This document shows positions 12,037 through 25,100 of a stretch of 64,000 bases of DNA, in pieces (the stretch's first letter is position 1; each line of letters starts with the position of its first letter). The stretch spans positions 124,744,001 through 124,808,000 of the forward strand of contig OX597818.1 in assembly GCA_951406725.2 (NCBI GenBank). Reading direction: 5' to 3'. Made by a program: the position numbers and the translations under genes. The stretch is from Octopus vulgaris (Eukaryota). Below the pieces are notes generated by a model, which was given only the letters and a program-made list of their open reading frames with translations, made no database searches and was not told the origin of the DNA.

Positions 12037-12386
12037 GAGTAAATAACATTTTGCAGCGTGGAAAGGTGTTTGTAAGCCATTTAAGAAACACACAAAAGCC
12101 GTTCGATTCACTTCAACATTTAAGTTTAATTTGTCAAAATATTTTCGTCGCTTTAAGACTGCGACCTGTTCACTGACAAAGCAGCACGGATTTTTGTCAG
12201 TGAACAGGTAGCGGTCTTAAAGCGACGAAAATATTTTGAGAAATTAAACTTAAATGTTGAAGTGAATCGAACGGCTTTTGTGTGTTTCTTAAATGGCTTA
12301 CAAACACCTTCCACGCTGCAATTGTTTACGTTCCAGCTCACGATCTCAGATCAAATCACTTGCTATGCAAGTACATCTCCGTAAAT
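12037..12386. mobile_element. Foldback element with variant hammerheads in both arms
   Basis: Arms of about 130 bp (ttgcagcgtggaaagg..cactgacaaa / tttgtcagtg..ccttccacgctgcaa); 16-bp TSD atgactacttttgagt (12021-12036 and 12387-12402). A second copy lies at about 53907-54236. Confidence 0.85.
12130..12180 (-). ncRNA. Hammerhead ribozyme variant with G3-C8 core
   Basis: Minus strand reads UUUGUCA-GUGAACA-G-GUCGC-agucuuaaa-GCGAC-GAAA-AUAUUU-UGACAAA. It has a 7-bp stem I, a 5-bp stem II and a palindromic short stem III. Confidence 0.65.
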
Positions 12387-12818
12387 ATGACTACTTTTGA
12401 GTAACATTTCATTTCAATTTCAAAATTTGCTTGATTTTCTTTCTTTCATTCAGTCAGTTGTTACTTTTATTAGATAGATAGATAAAATCCACCACCCCCG
12501 ATTTTCAGTTTACTCATATTTATACACGTGGAGGGTATTCTTTATCGCAGGTGCTGACTAGTCAACTGAATATACATATACAACAAAAAATGTGTGGTCA
12601 CAACACAGATTTGTTACTTATTTCAGTCATTAGACTGCAGCCATGCTGGAGCGTCGAAATGAATAACTTTTAGTCAAATAAATCAAACCCAGTACATTTT
12701 TTTAAGCCTGGTATTTTATCGATCTTTTTTTGCCGAACTGCTAAGTTACAGATATAAGCAACCAATACCAGTTGTCAAGTAGTGGTGGGACCAAACATAG
12801 ACACACACATAAATATAT

Positions 12819-13770
12819 ATCAGGTTGAATAAAATGTAAGCAATGTTTTGAACCATGAAGAATTTGTACCAGACTTTTGCAGGGTTTTGAATTTTTTTAT
12901 ACATTTTTTTTGCAATTGTCTGATAATGCAGACATATACTTGTCCAAATGCACCACTAAATTAACATTGATATTTTTTTTCACCGTTGTTCCATTAGAAA
13001 TGGAACTGTCAAAGCACAATATTCAAGTAATTTTGCTGTTCAACTTCAAAAAAGGATGTAAAGCAGCTGAAACCGCTCACGATATCAGCAAGATGTTTGG
13101 TGAGGAAATGACCCAGTGATTGGTCAGCTGGAAAATAGTTTAAACGATTTCACAGTGGAAATCTTAACCCTGAAGATCGTGAGCATAGTGGATGCCCATG
13201 TGTCATTGATGGCAGTCAATTAAAAACCATCATTGAGAAAGATCCACGTAAAACCATTTGAGAACTGGCAAAAGAACTTCAAGTTAGCCAGAAAACTGTC
13301 TGCAACCATTTGCATGCGATCAAAAAAAGCTCGACAAATGGGTATCACACGATTTGAATGAAAATCAGAAAATGTGCAGCTATGAAATTTGCTCATCTCT
13401 TCTTCTCCGTAACCTAACCAATCCATTTCTCAACCATATTGTAACTTGTGGTGAAAAGTGGATTCTGTACAATAATAAAAAAAGTTCTTCGCAGTGGTTG
13501 GACCAAAATGAAGCACTGAAAACCTTCCCTAAACCTGAGCTCTTCAAAAAGGTTATGGTGACTGTTTGGTGGTGTACTACTGGACTCATCCACTACAACT
13601 TCTTAAAACCCGAAAAATCATTACTGCAGAAACATATTGCCATGAAATTTCCAAAATTAATGAAAAACTGCAACTCCTCTGTCCTAGACTGGTCAACAGA
13701 AGAGGGCCAATCATTCTTCATGACAATGCTCAACCACACGTTTCACTAATGATGCACCAAAAGTTGAGAG
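12819..13770 (+). pseudogene. Mariner (Hsmar1/SETMAR-like) transposase pseudogene with 5' TIR
   Basis: ta-tcaggttgaataaaatgtaa TIR-like start; ATG at 13000. Translates in pieces MELSKHNIQVILLFNFKKG..KWVSHDL..IVTCGEKWILYNN..KKVMVTVWW..GPIILHDNAQPH, with stops and frameshifts. The 3' end is missing. Confidence 0.92.
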
Positions 13771-14019
13771 TGCATCATTATGAAATACTTGAAATAACAG
13801 TCAAAACTCTTATTTAATCACCAAAAATAAGAGTTTTGACTGTTATTTCAAGCAGGTAGACATACTTACTATATCCTTTGATTAATTTTAATCCCTTGGC
13901 TATTTAATGCTATTTTTGGCCTGCTATCGCCTGTGTCATTGATCCTGTTATTATCATTTTTTAAATAGTTACATTGGATAATAATAGAATTAATGACACC
14001 TTCGCAAATTGATATATAA

Positions 14020-14412
14020 GGCGCAGGAGTGGGTGTGTGGTAAGTAGCTTGCTAACCAGCCACATGGTTGCGGGTTCAGTCCCACTGCGTGGCATCTTGG
14101 GCAAGTGTCTTCTGCTATAGCCCCAGGTCGACCAATGCCTTGTGAGTGGATTTGGTAGACGTAAACTGAAAGAAGCCTGTCATATATATGTATGTATATA
14201 TATATATATGTGTGTGTGTTTGTCCCCCTAGCATTGCTTGACAACCGATGCTGGTGTGTTTACGTCCCCGTCACTTAGCGGTTCGGCAAAAGAGACCGAT
14301 AGAATAAGTACTGGGCTTACAAAGAATAAGTCCCGGGGTCGATTTGCTCGACTAATGGCGATGCTCCAGAATGGCCGCAGTCAAATGACTGAAACAAGTA
14401 AAAAAGAGAGAG
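14020..14412 (+). mobile_element. OK-like tRNA-derived SINE with internal (TA)/(TG) microsatellite
   Basis: Runs from ggcgcaggagtggctgtgtggtaag to tgactgaaacaagtaaaa. Other copies at 14766-15030(+), 29640-30064(-), 33020-33770(-, split), 35950-36385(-), 37765-38107(-), 42480-42905(+), 46656-47075(+), 51880-52096(-), 54765-55139(-) and 61656-62077(+). The family name is recalled, not searched. Confidence 0.9.
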
Positions 14413-16941
14413 TATCATCAGCAGCAGCAGCATCGTTTAACATCCGCTTTCCATGCTAGCATGGGTTGGACGATTTGACTGAGGTCTTGTGCACCAGACT
14501 CCAATCTGATCTGGCAGAGTTTCTACAGCTGGATGCCCTCCCTAATGCCAACCACTCCAAGAGTGTATATATATATATATATATATATGTACATAAGTAT
14601 ATGCAGATATGAGTCTATATAAATAGTTGATCCATACTGCCTGAGTAGCTCAAATTGCAGAGTAACAAAGGTTACTCATATCTAAGTTAATCATATCTAA
14701 GGGTCAATACTTACCCTAATACTTAATTTGCATACACACACACACACACACACATATATGTATAGACGCAGGAGCGGCTGTGTGGTAAGTAGCTTGCTTA
14801 CCAACCACATGGTTCCGGGTTTAGTCCCACTGCGTGGTACCTTGGGCAAGTGTCTTCTACTATAGCCTCGGGCCGACAAAAGCCTTGAGTGGATTTGGTA
14901 GACGGAAACTGAATGAAGCCCGTCGTATATATGTATATATATATGTGTGTGTGTATGTTTGTGTGACTGTGTTTGTCCCCCTAGCATTGCTTGACAACTG
15001 ATGCTGGTGTGTTTATGTCCCTGTCACATACATAATTTTAATGAGAACATTCAAAGTTTGCTGGCATTATGATATAGAAACTATAGATTGTGTGCAACAA
15101 GCAGTGAATTGGTTTTGTAGAGGATTCATTGAATGCAACATCAACAGTAATATTCCATGGAGATGGTGGTGATAGTGGGAAGAACAGGAGTTAACCGAAA
15201 GGGGTGGGGTATAGAGATGGGGTTAACAGGGTTAATGAAGGGTCAGTAAAAAGGGATGCTGATGGTTCAAAAAAGTTTAACAAGGTAAGACATTCTTATT
15301 ATTAATATTATCTCTTTATTTTTAACTTCATTTTTATATTTTTGTTATTCTTTGCACAGTTTTGAGAAAGCAACACCAGGTAACTGATAAAATACATCAA
15401 TACATAGAAATAGTCAACAATATATTCTTTGTTATATTTTCTTAAAGTTTGTCTTTTTTTTTTTAGTTTGTGTTTTTTAATTATATTTTTACCTTTATTT
15501 ATTCAGTTATTTTATTTATTTTATTCATTTATTTATTTACACATCGCTTAAAATCTTCAACTTATTTTTGGAAACAAAATGAAAAAAAAAAATGATGATG
15601 ATAATGATGATGGTGGTGATGGTGATTGTGATATTTTAACTTTGGCACAGGGCCACAAATTCACAGGGAGTGGGGAGGGATCACGTGGCATGGAAGTAGG
15701 GTTAGGGTGTATAAATGATTTCAAATTGACAACCTGTATATGTGACTGGTTTGATGATTGAAACAACTTTCTTTAGGATTCCAGTCCATTATATAAAAAA
15801 AAAAAGGGACAAAAAAAAGAAAGAAAAGGAAGAACCCTAAACACTGCAAGGCAATTATTTTTGTCTGGCACTTTACCCATTTCTGCCACTTCAGTAGCAA
15901 TAGTACAACTGGTAATTATTTTATCAGCCCTCGTAAGAAGGATGAGTGGCAAAGTATACCATGGCAGGATTTGAACTCAATGTGAAGTGATAAGTAATTG
16001 CTTAATGCCCCCAACCACAAGACACTAATCTGCACTCTACTATCACAATGAATAAATAATAATTGTTGCTTTTAATTAATTATAATGGTTCCTAACATAA
16101 GCACATGGCCTAAAATTTGATGGATGATTTACTTAATTAAAACTGACCCCAGTACTTTATTTTATCAACCCCCAAAAGGATGAAAGACAAAAGCTGACCT
16201 TGGCAAGATCTGAACTCAGAACATAAACATTCAGAACAAATAATACAACAAGGTATTTTGTTCAATTCACTAATGATTCTGCCAATCTACTCCTCTTAAT
16301 AATAATAATATGAAAATTATTATAAAAGAAAAACTAGATTTTTTCATGAGTTACCTATGGCATCAATGCACTGACAGCTAAGTTGAAATTATGGAATATT
16401 ACATGTCGGACTGGTTTGATCTTAATATATAATGGAATGTCAAAAGTGTATTTGCCTGAAGTTGTTAAAAATTAAAAACAAAAAAATCATAAACCCTCAT
16501 TCACATGATACAATACACTTATTATATAATGAATATAAATTATATCTAAATTTCTTTTGGAGACTTATCACTAAAATATGAGATTTGTAGATAGACTAAC
16601 TCATTCTTTTTGTTCAGTATTCAATATAAGGTTTTAACTGATTAAGTATTTAGCTATATTTGAACTCACAACTGTTACTTCTAACAATAATTATTTTTTG
16701 TTTTTCTTTATATATAAGTATCAATATTCTTAACCATTCAGCCACAACTCATTGAAAACTCAAAGCTAACAAGTTCAAACCCAACCAAGAAAGTTGTGTG
16801 TGTGTGTGTGTGAATGGAGGAATCTTAAGAACAATTGGGAGAAATATATACAGATCAGAATATGGTGTAAGGATATAGAAACACAAAAGCTGACATTAAT
16901 ACTGTGAAAATTGTAAATTTTAAGTTATTGCATCTTTGTAA

Positions 16942-17337
16942 TCTTTATATATAAAAGAGAGGTTGTGTGCTGTCCGTCTCCTACGATTTAGATTCCTAAC
17001 TACTCCCACATTTTGCGGTGCAGTTAAACCAAAACCGGGTATCTTATAGTCGTGATTCATATCGAGCCCTTCTGGGTATTAGGGTCTACGATGAGTCTAC
17101 GATTTTAAAAACAATTTACCATCAATTTTTCCCATTTTTAATGCATTTTTGGCATTAACATTAAATGGAAGTAACTCTCTAAAAATTTATTATTAAATCT
17201 CAGAACATAAAAAGCTACAGTAACACGCCCCCTTTGTGGTTAGCCATATTGAGATGGCTATTATATTTTACATCTCTAAAAATGCTTATATAGTTATTTC
17301 CCTTACAAACCCGAGCAACGCCAGGCGATACTGCTAG
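16942..17337 (+). mobile_element. Non-autonomous Helitron
   Basis: 5' TC, subterminal hairpin cccgagcaacgcc(a/g)ggc and 3' CTAG; inserted between A and T with no TSD. Minus-strand copies at 40799-41079, 55954-56347 and (different 5' body) 54246-54631. Confidence 0.88.
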
Positions 17338-17981
17338 TGACAATCTAAAATTCTTGACCAAGTTTTGGCCTTCCAACTACAGGGTTGGCAGTATGTATCC
17401 TTTGATTGACACTGCATGCCTGGTGTCTTCTGTTGGCATACTTAACTATTAACAACTCTTGCAGACCTACATACAAACTTGTAGCAAAGTAAGGGGGAAA
17501 TACAGCTCACTGCAAGAAACAGTATACACGTGGAAGGGAGAGGCAGTGTAGCTGACAATTTGTTTTGTTAAATTCCATTGCAATGCTGAGCTTCAAACCT
17601 TTTGCAAGTTTATTATAATGCAATGGCAAACCTCCATGGTATAATGGCAAAATGCAAACAGCAAGCTTCGCTCTCACTCTCTCGTATAATCCTTTTTCTA
17701 ATAGGCACAAGGTGGAGAGGGCTAGTCAAATACATCAAGCCCAATGCTCAACTGGTGCTTGTTTTATCAACCCTGAGAGGATGAAAAGCAAAGTCAACCG
17801 TGGCAGTATTTGAACTCAGAATGTAAAAGCCGGAAGAAATGCCATGAAGCCTTTGTCTGATGTTCTTATGATTCTGCCAGCTTCTCACCACTCTTTCGTA
17901 TAATATAATGGTTAATTTGTCTAGTAATTGTTTCCCCTAAGATGGATAATTTCTCCTTTGATTTTTGCTATTTTATACATC

Positions 17982-18377
17982 ATTTACATTGGACGGATAT
18001 GTGCCCTCATCTTGTTTGTTGTTACCACAACATTTCAGCTGAGTTACTCTCCAGCCTTCATCAGGTGTCCTGGTGGAATTTTGAACCCGACCCTGGGTTC
18101 TCATTCCTAAAGTACATTTTGCTGATGTTACTACTACTATTATTATTTATTCAAGGCACTGAGTTCAATTCCAGACAGTGCCTTGAATAAATAATAATAA
18201 TAATATCAGCAAAAATACTTTAGGAATGAGAACCCAGGGTTGGGTTCAAAATTCCACCAGAACACCGGGTGAAGGCTGGAGGGTAAATCAGCCGAAACGT
18301 GGTAACAATAAACAAGATGAGAACATATATTTGTCCAATGTAAATAATATACAGAATTCCTCATCTCTTAAATATAG
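17982..18377. mobile_element. Foldback element with short-stem-III hammerhead motifs
   Basis: Arms of about 180 bp. Minus arm reads acac-CUGAUGA-A-GGCUG..CAGCU-GAAAU-GUU-gug (about 18025-18068); the plus arm is degenerate at about 18261-18302. Confidence 0.75.
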
Positions 18378-20364
18378 AAGAGTATTTGCTATTATATTTT
18401 CATCTTTTAGTGATGAAGAAATGCAGTGGCCAGGACTGTTTACAGGGCCTCTGAGATTGATGGGAGGAAGAGAAGAAGGCATCCTAAAATGGGAAACTTG
18501 GTCCGACTGCTTGCAATGGAGTGGACTCTGCTAAAGACACCCAAAGTCCCAAGTGTAGTTGGTAAACTGGGTGATGGATTAAGACTACCACCCAGGAAGG
18601 CCATCGTAGGATTTTAACTCAGAACATAAACGGCAAGGAGAAATACCACATGGAATCTAGTTTGACGTTCTTACAGTACCACCAATCCACTATTCTGGAT
18701 TAGTGTTTTTTATTTTTTATTTTTTTTAAATCCTGAAAGGATGAAATGTTTGTAGATCTTGGTGGAATTTGAACTGAGTGCAGAGGATTGGAACTTGAAA
18801 AAAAAAAGAAAAAGAAAAAAAGACTAGAATTTGACTCAATTTGTTTGTCACATATGTATGACAAAATATTGGATGGCTTTGGTTATGGAAAGAAAAAAAT
18901 GCGGGGGGGCGGGGTATCTATACTTTCAGAAGTAATTAGAAAATTCGATATATTTATTCTTGGAGTGGGGGGTGGGAGCTTTGGACCAGGAATCAAACTC
19001 ACACTAAAGACTTGATTTGCGAGGCACTTACCTCTTGCTAATCAGCGCCGAGGTAAATAATGTAATGAAAACAAAACCACGAGATTATGCAGTCATTCAG
19101 CCTGCTAGACATAGCAGCTAAATCTCCCTCAGATCATACCCTATCGTCTTAGGACACATGTCCAGGACTTCATTGTCCAGTAACAAAAATATGGGTTGTT
19201 CAAGGCTGGAACATCTTTGATTATAAGTCTGCTCGATCAGGGCTTACCTGGAGCTAAACAACAACAACAACAACAAACAACAACAAAAGAACATAAATGC
19301 AAATGCTAGAATGCTGTTTCTTTTTGTTTTTGTTTTTTTTGTTTTTTTGTATTTCACTAACTTCTGTAATTAACCAATTACTACCTGCCCTGACTTGTAA
19401 CTTATTCATGGAAAATATATGTAAACTAATAAGAATTGTTTGATTTAGGCACAAGGCCAGCAATTTTCAAGGGAGGTAGTTCATCAATACCACTAACTCT
19501 AGTAGTACTTGACTGGTATTTTATTCCATTGACCCCAGGAGGATGAAAAGCAAAGTTGACAACAGAGCATAAAGAGCCAGAAAAAAAAATATTGCAAGAC
19601 ATTTCTTCTGATGCTCCAACGATTCTGTCAATCCATTGCTCTGAACACGGTGGGATTTGATTTTAAGAACATAATATAATGGTAATAATTACAACAATTA
19701 TTATTATTATTATTATTACCGTCATTATAATTATTATTACTGGGAAGTTATTTTCAGTGTTTTGGATTAATTTATAAACATGAGAAAATTAAAAACAAAA
19801 CGAAAATTTGAAAAACAATAACAAAAATACAAAGCTAATTGGATTATATTGAACATAAGCAATGCACAGTAGACATAACAAGATATGGAGAAGTATAATC
19901 AACAAATCATTAATTATGAAACATTTGTTATCATTGCCATTCTTTATGGTATTTAGATAACTTCACTGGTATGAGTTATCTTTTCTTCATTTCTGCTAAC
20001 TGAATTTCTTCAGCTTTTCCACCAACACCTTCCCACCTTATGCAAACGTGTGTATGTGTGTGTGTTTGCATGTTAAAAAAAGGAACTTAAATGAGGCAGG
20101 ATTTTAAAGCCAGATGATTTTTTTCCAGTTGTAAACTTTTACCTATTTTCCAAGTAAGTGATTTTTTTTACATATTTTTCTTTTATTCCACAAGTTTTTT
20201 GAAAGTGCAGAGCTATCGATGTAATGTCAACAAGAAATGCAAACATCATATCAATGTTTTGTTCGGATGGTGACAAGCAAAGCTCGGGAATATTAACATT
20301 CATACACACACACACTCACAACAGGCTTCTCAAGAGTTTCTATCATGGTTGACCCAGAGCTATT

Positions 20365-20746
20365 TTCTTACAAACAATAACTCTGAGCACCTTTTCAAAC
20401 TCCACCCATCTAACACTCGTGGACATATTTACAAAGTCAGAAAACAGCACAGCTCCTATGACTTTAGAAAACATTTTTTCACACTGAGAGTTGCTGAAGC
20501 ATGGAACAAACTGCCGGCATCGGTTGTTAGTTGTCGGAGCACTGCGTCCTTCAAAACTTCCATGCTTTCTGAGATTCGCCAACACTACACCTGATTTTCT
20601 CTCCTCCATACACACACAAGCATGTATCTGACTCGTACACTGTTCGCTTTCCAGACATTTGTACATTACTGCATACACTTTATACGCACTTTCTGACAAG
20701 TTGTGGTGCACCTGAGCACTGTATACAATAATTTCATTATTATTAT
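20365..20746 (+). mobile_element. 5'-truncated CR1/L2-group LINE 3' end
   Basis: Translates TRGHIYKVRKQHSSYDFRKHFFTLRVAEAWNKLPASVVSCRSTASFK, followed by a 3'UTR and an (ATT)n tail. Inserted in a decayed OK-like SINE. Confidence 0.85.
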
Positions 20747-21574
20747 AGCAAGAGACACTTTTCCAAGGTGCCATGCTGTGGGATTGAACCCAAAACTACA
20801 TGGTCGGAAAGCAAACTTCTCAACCATAGAGCCATTCCTGTACCTACTGATAGTAACAATGCATGAGAGTAATTTCACTCTTTTACTATTAAATATACTT
20901 TTCTATATAAAGACAAATGCACTCACTCCACATCTCTGAGAAAGTCATCGAAATTGTTATAGTCATTTTGATATTTGCATACAACACATACCTATTTCTT
21001 TACTACCCACAAGGGGCTAAACACAGAGAGAGAGGACAAACAAGGACACACACAAAGGGATTAAGTCAATTACATCTACCCCAGTGTGTAACTGGTACTT
21101 AATTTAATCGACCCTGAAAGGATGAAAGGCAAAGTCGACGTCGGTGGAATTTGAACTCAGAACGTAGCGACAGACGAAATACTGCTAAGCATTTCGCCCA
21201 GCATGCTAACGTTTCTGCCAGTTCGCCGCCCTCCATACAACAACACATACCGTGTGTGTGTGTGTTATTGTTTTTAAATCTATTTTCCCATGCTGACATG
21301 GGCGAGAGCAGTGTTTCTCAAGATAAGGTGGAAGTAAGTAACAAGTGAATAAAACTTGCCTTGAAGCTGTACTTAACATGTTGCTATATAACTTGTCTGT
21401 TAATAGTGGAGATGCATTTTTTTCTTCTTTCAAAATCAAAGTGGGACGTTAGAGAAACACTGGGTTAAATCAAATTTTACTGAGGCAAATTTTTCCATAG
21501 CTGTATGCTCTTCCTGTCACACACAACCATAGAACAGTTGTTCATGGTAGAAAGTAAACAATGTCACTGTCTTT

Positions 21575-22187
21575 CACTCAGCACGTCGTTAACAAAGCAC
21601 TCGGAGTTCTGTTTTTGATTCGACGGTCATTCGGAATGCTCACAGCAGCCATATTCCTACAGCTCTATGTCATGCTGGTGAGACCCATATTGGAGTACGG
21701 GATTCAAGTCTCTTCTCCTTATCTCTTCAAAGACATATATTATCTTGAAAGAGTCCAGAAGCTGGCTACCCGCATGGTTCTTGGTCTCAAGCATTTGTCT
21801 TATGAAGAAAGGCTGAAGACGCTCAACCTTTATTCTCTAGAAAAACGCCTCCGCCGTGGTGATCTCATTCTTGCTCACAACATCATAAGCGGAAAGTGTA
21901 ACCTCTCGAAAGAGCTGTTCTTCACTCCTGCTCCAGAGCGTAGGCTGCGGGATCACTCCGAAAAGCTCTATCTGCGATGATTTCATCTCAATCGAAGGAG
22001 AGGGGCTTTCTCCGTCCGGGTTGCGGATCCGTGGAATAAGCTGCCGACGACCGCTCAGTTCAAAGTCTCTCTTGACCAGAAATGGCCTGAACTCTTTGCA
22101 TGAACACCCTCCCCGTACATAACTCCATGTCCCCCTACATGGCCTTGCTTTTTGCTTTTTGAGCCAAAATTAACTTAACTTAACTAA
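21575..22187 (+). mobile_element. 5'-truncated CR1 LINE 3' end
   Basis: Translates LYVMLVRPILEYG..LERVQKLATRMVLGLKHLSYEERLKTLNLYSLEKRLRRGDLI..FSVRVADPWNKLP, ending in a (TAACT)n tail. Confidence 0.92.
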
Positions 22188-25100
22188 CTCATGTTAATAA
22201 TGACATGTTGAATCAAAATTTATGCTCTCACACATGCACACAATGAGCTTCCTTGCAGTTTCCATGCACCAATTTCACTCGAGGTGTTGGCTGAGCTGAA
22301 GTCATAGCAGAAAACACCAGCTCTAAGTGCAATATTGTGAGATTGAACTTAAAACCGTGTTGTTGTGAAACAAAAACTGTAACCACACAGTCATGCCTAT
22401 GCATTGGTGTGTGCATGTGTGTTAGGGAGCAGATGTGAAATGGAGGGATATCCTGAGCAGTTTACCTGAAGATGGGAAAAGCAGGGACATAGAAATGAAC
22501 TCAAGCAGATGTGATGTCTGGAAACGAGAATATGATGCTGCTTCCAAATCATAAAACACATCAATGATGTATCCCAGGGTCAGTCATGGCTAACAGGAGC
22601 TTACATGTGTGTGTGTGTAACTCAGTTTGATTCTGTTTCAAACAATATCAATAAAGTCCAAATAATAACAGCAATATTAAGAGGGAGCTGGGATGTCGTA
22701 TGACTGTTATCAGCCAAATAGTATTAAAGACATCCTGGTTAACTTCACCAGGTCAACAGTTTTAATTAACCTCATTTTGTTTCCCCACCCACATTTTTTT
22801 GCAATTTAAGGAATGAAAGAAAGTTGTATGGTGACAAAGAAGAGCGAGAGGGAAAAGAACAGATGCAAAAATAATTTGGGAAAATACATGAACTGTATTT
22901 CATACATAGACATTTTTGTTCAACTTCTGAAAATATTAAAACCTTAGTTTTCTTTCTTAAGGCTTAATATCCTGACTCTGTAATATGTGCATGTAGTATG
23001 TTGCACGCGAGCGCGCACACACTTCGAAGTGGAAATGAGAGAAAGAGTACTGAATATATGTAGAGTTTCACAGACCCCACCTTAAGCAAGTTTGTCTATT
23101 CATTTTCTAGTCACACACAGCAAAAAAAAAAAAAAAGTGAAGCAATGGAGTATTTCATATGCTTCAAACAAATATTTATACACACATATAGATAGGTATA
23201 CACACATATATAAATACATGTGCTTGAGAGTGTATGTATGTCCATATCTGTGTGTGTGTGTGTGTTTATACCCTCTTCACAACATTCAATTTGAGAATTT
23301 TAAGGTAAATTATTTACTTCTCAATTTCTATGCCAGGAGATATATTTATTAGTCAAGACTCAACTCACCAAATGCAAACTTATCTCACATGTCCTCTCTT
23401 AATGCAATTTTTCAGCCTCTCTGTTTATGTTCTCTTTCCCCCAAAAGCTCTTACCTCAGTTCTTACACTGCACTGAATCTAAAATAAAAATTCATCATTT
23501 TCACATCTGCTTCCCATTCTTGCATGGGTGGTACAGCTCATCACAAGTTAAGTTGGTTCTTATTCAGCTACTATCCTCCTAGCAGGTAGCAACTCAAAAC
23601 ATACCATTTTTGGCTTGGTTTCTAAAGACGGATACCCTTCCTAACATCAACTACTTTATCGAGTATACCAGGAGCATTTCCCCATGTCATGGCATGAGCT
23701 CTAGAGAGGCAATCATGTGTTAGGACAGATTAATAATAATACTTTCTGCCATAGGCACAAGGCCCGAAATTGTTGGGGGAAAGGGGCTAGTCAATTACAT
23801 TGACCCTAGTTCTTGACTGGTACTTATTTCATCAACCCTAGAAAGATGAAAGGCAAAGTCAACCTTGGTGGAATTTGAACTCAGAACATAAAGATGGATG
23901 GAATGCCACTAAGCATTTTGTCCAACATGCTAATACTTCTGCCAGTTCACCACCTTATTAATAACAATAATAATTCTTTCTACTATATACACAAGGCCAA
24001 GAATTTTGGAGTGAGAGTAAGAAAAGTAAGAAAGGCAAAGTCAACCATGGCAGAATTTGAACTCAGAATGTAAAAACCAGAAGTAATGTCCCAAAGCATT
24101 TTGTCAGGAGTGATAATGATTCTACCAGCTCACCACTACGATAATAGTAATAATAATAATAATAATAATGATAATAATGGTTTCTGATTTAAGCACAAGG
24201 CTAGCGATTTTGAGGAGAGAGGGTTAGATGAACTTGTCAACCTTAATACATGACTGGTAACTGTTTCCATTGAACCCAGAAGGATAAAAAGCAAAGTTGA
24301 CCACTGCAAGATTTGATCACAGAACATAGCAAATAGGAGGAAATTCAACAAATAATTTTTTTCTGATGTTGTAAAGATTCTGTCAATGCACTATAATAAT
24401 AATAATTATATACCAATAATAATAATATTTTAAATAAGCACATGTCCCAAATTGGTTGAGGGTGTGGTTATCATCTATTCAGTCACTCACAGCATTTGAC
24501 TGGTTATTTTATCAAGCTCAGAATGATGAAAAGAAATAAAAAAACAAAATTACCCCAAGAGGGCTGGAAATTATAATGTAATGTAAACTAAATATTGCAA
24601 GACATTTAGTCATCCAGCTTCTGCCAATTCTTCCAACAACCACATTTAGTATAAGAGCAACATCAATAATAATTTGCAACAAATCAACCACAGCCCCAAC
24701 CCCATCCCCAGGTGGAGCAAGTGAGCCTGGGGCTGTAAAGTTAACTGGAAAAAAAACATTCAATTCCTATTTGTTCATTGGAGGTGGTATTTAGTTTATT
24801 GAACCTGGTAGAAATAAATGGCAAAGTTAACGCTGCTGGAATCAAAACTCAGGACGGAGATGAACATATCTAAATACCTATTTCTTTACTTACCCACAAG
24901 GGGCTACACACAGAGAGAACAAACAAGGACAGACAAACAGATTAAGTCGATTATATCGACCCCAGTGCGTAACTGGTACTTATTTAATCGACTCTGAAAG
25001 GATGAAAGGCAAAGTCGACCTCGGCGGAATTTGAACTCAGAACGTAGCGACAGACGAAATACCGCTAGGCATTTCACCCGGCGTGCTAACGTTTCTGCCA

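Larger units (their letters stand above)
11706..12561. mobile_element. Long-TIR MITE / non-autonomous DNA element
   Basis: Imperfect inverted repeats of about 140 bp beginning tagtcagcacccgcgataa (11706) and ending ttatcgcaggtgctgacta (12560). It carries an internal insertion with a TSD. Confidence 0.65.

Noticed and set aside
14238-14459. Recurrent ORFs such as MTTDAGVFTSPSLSGSAKETDRIST, MSSNARGTNT and MVVIPAVLFHHN
   Set aside because: They are chance frames within multi-copy SINEs, and their starts and stops vary between copies.
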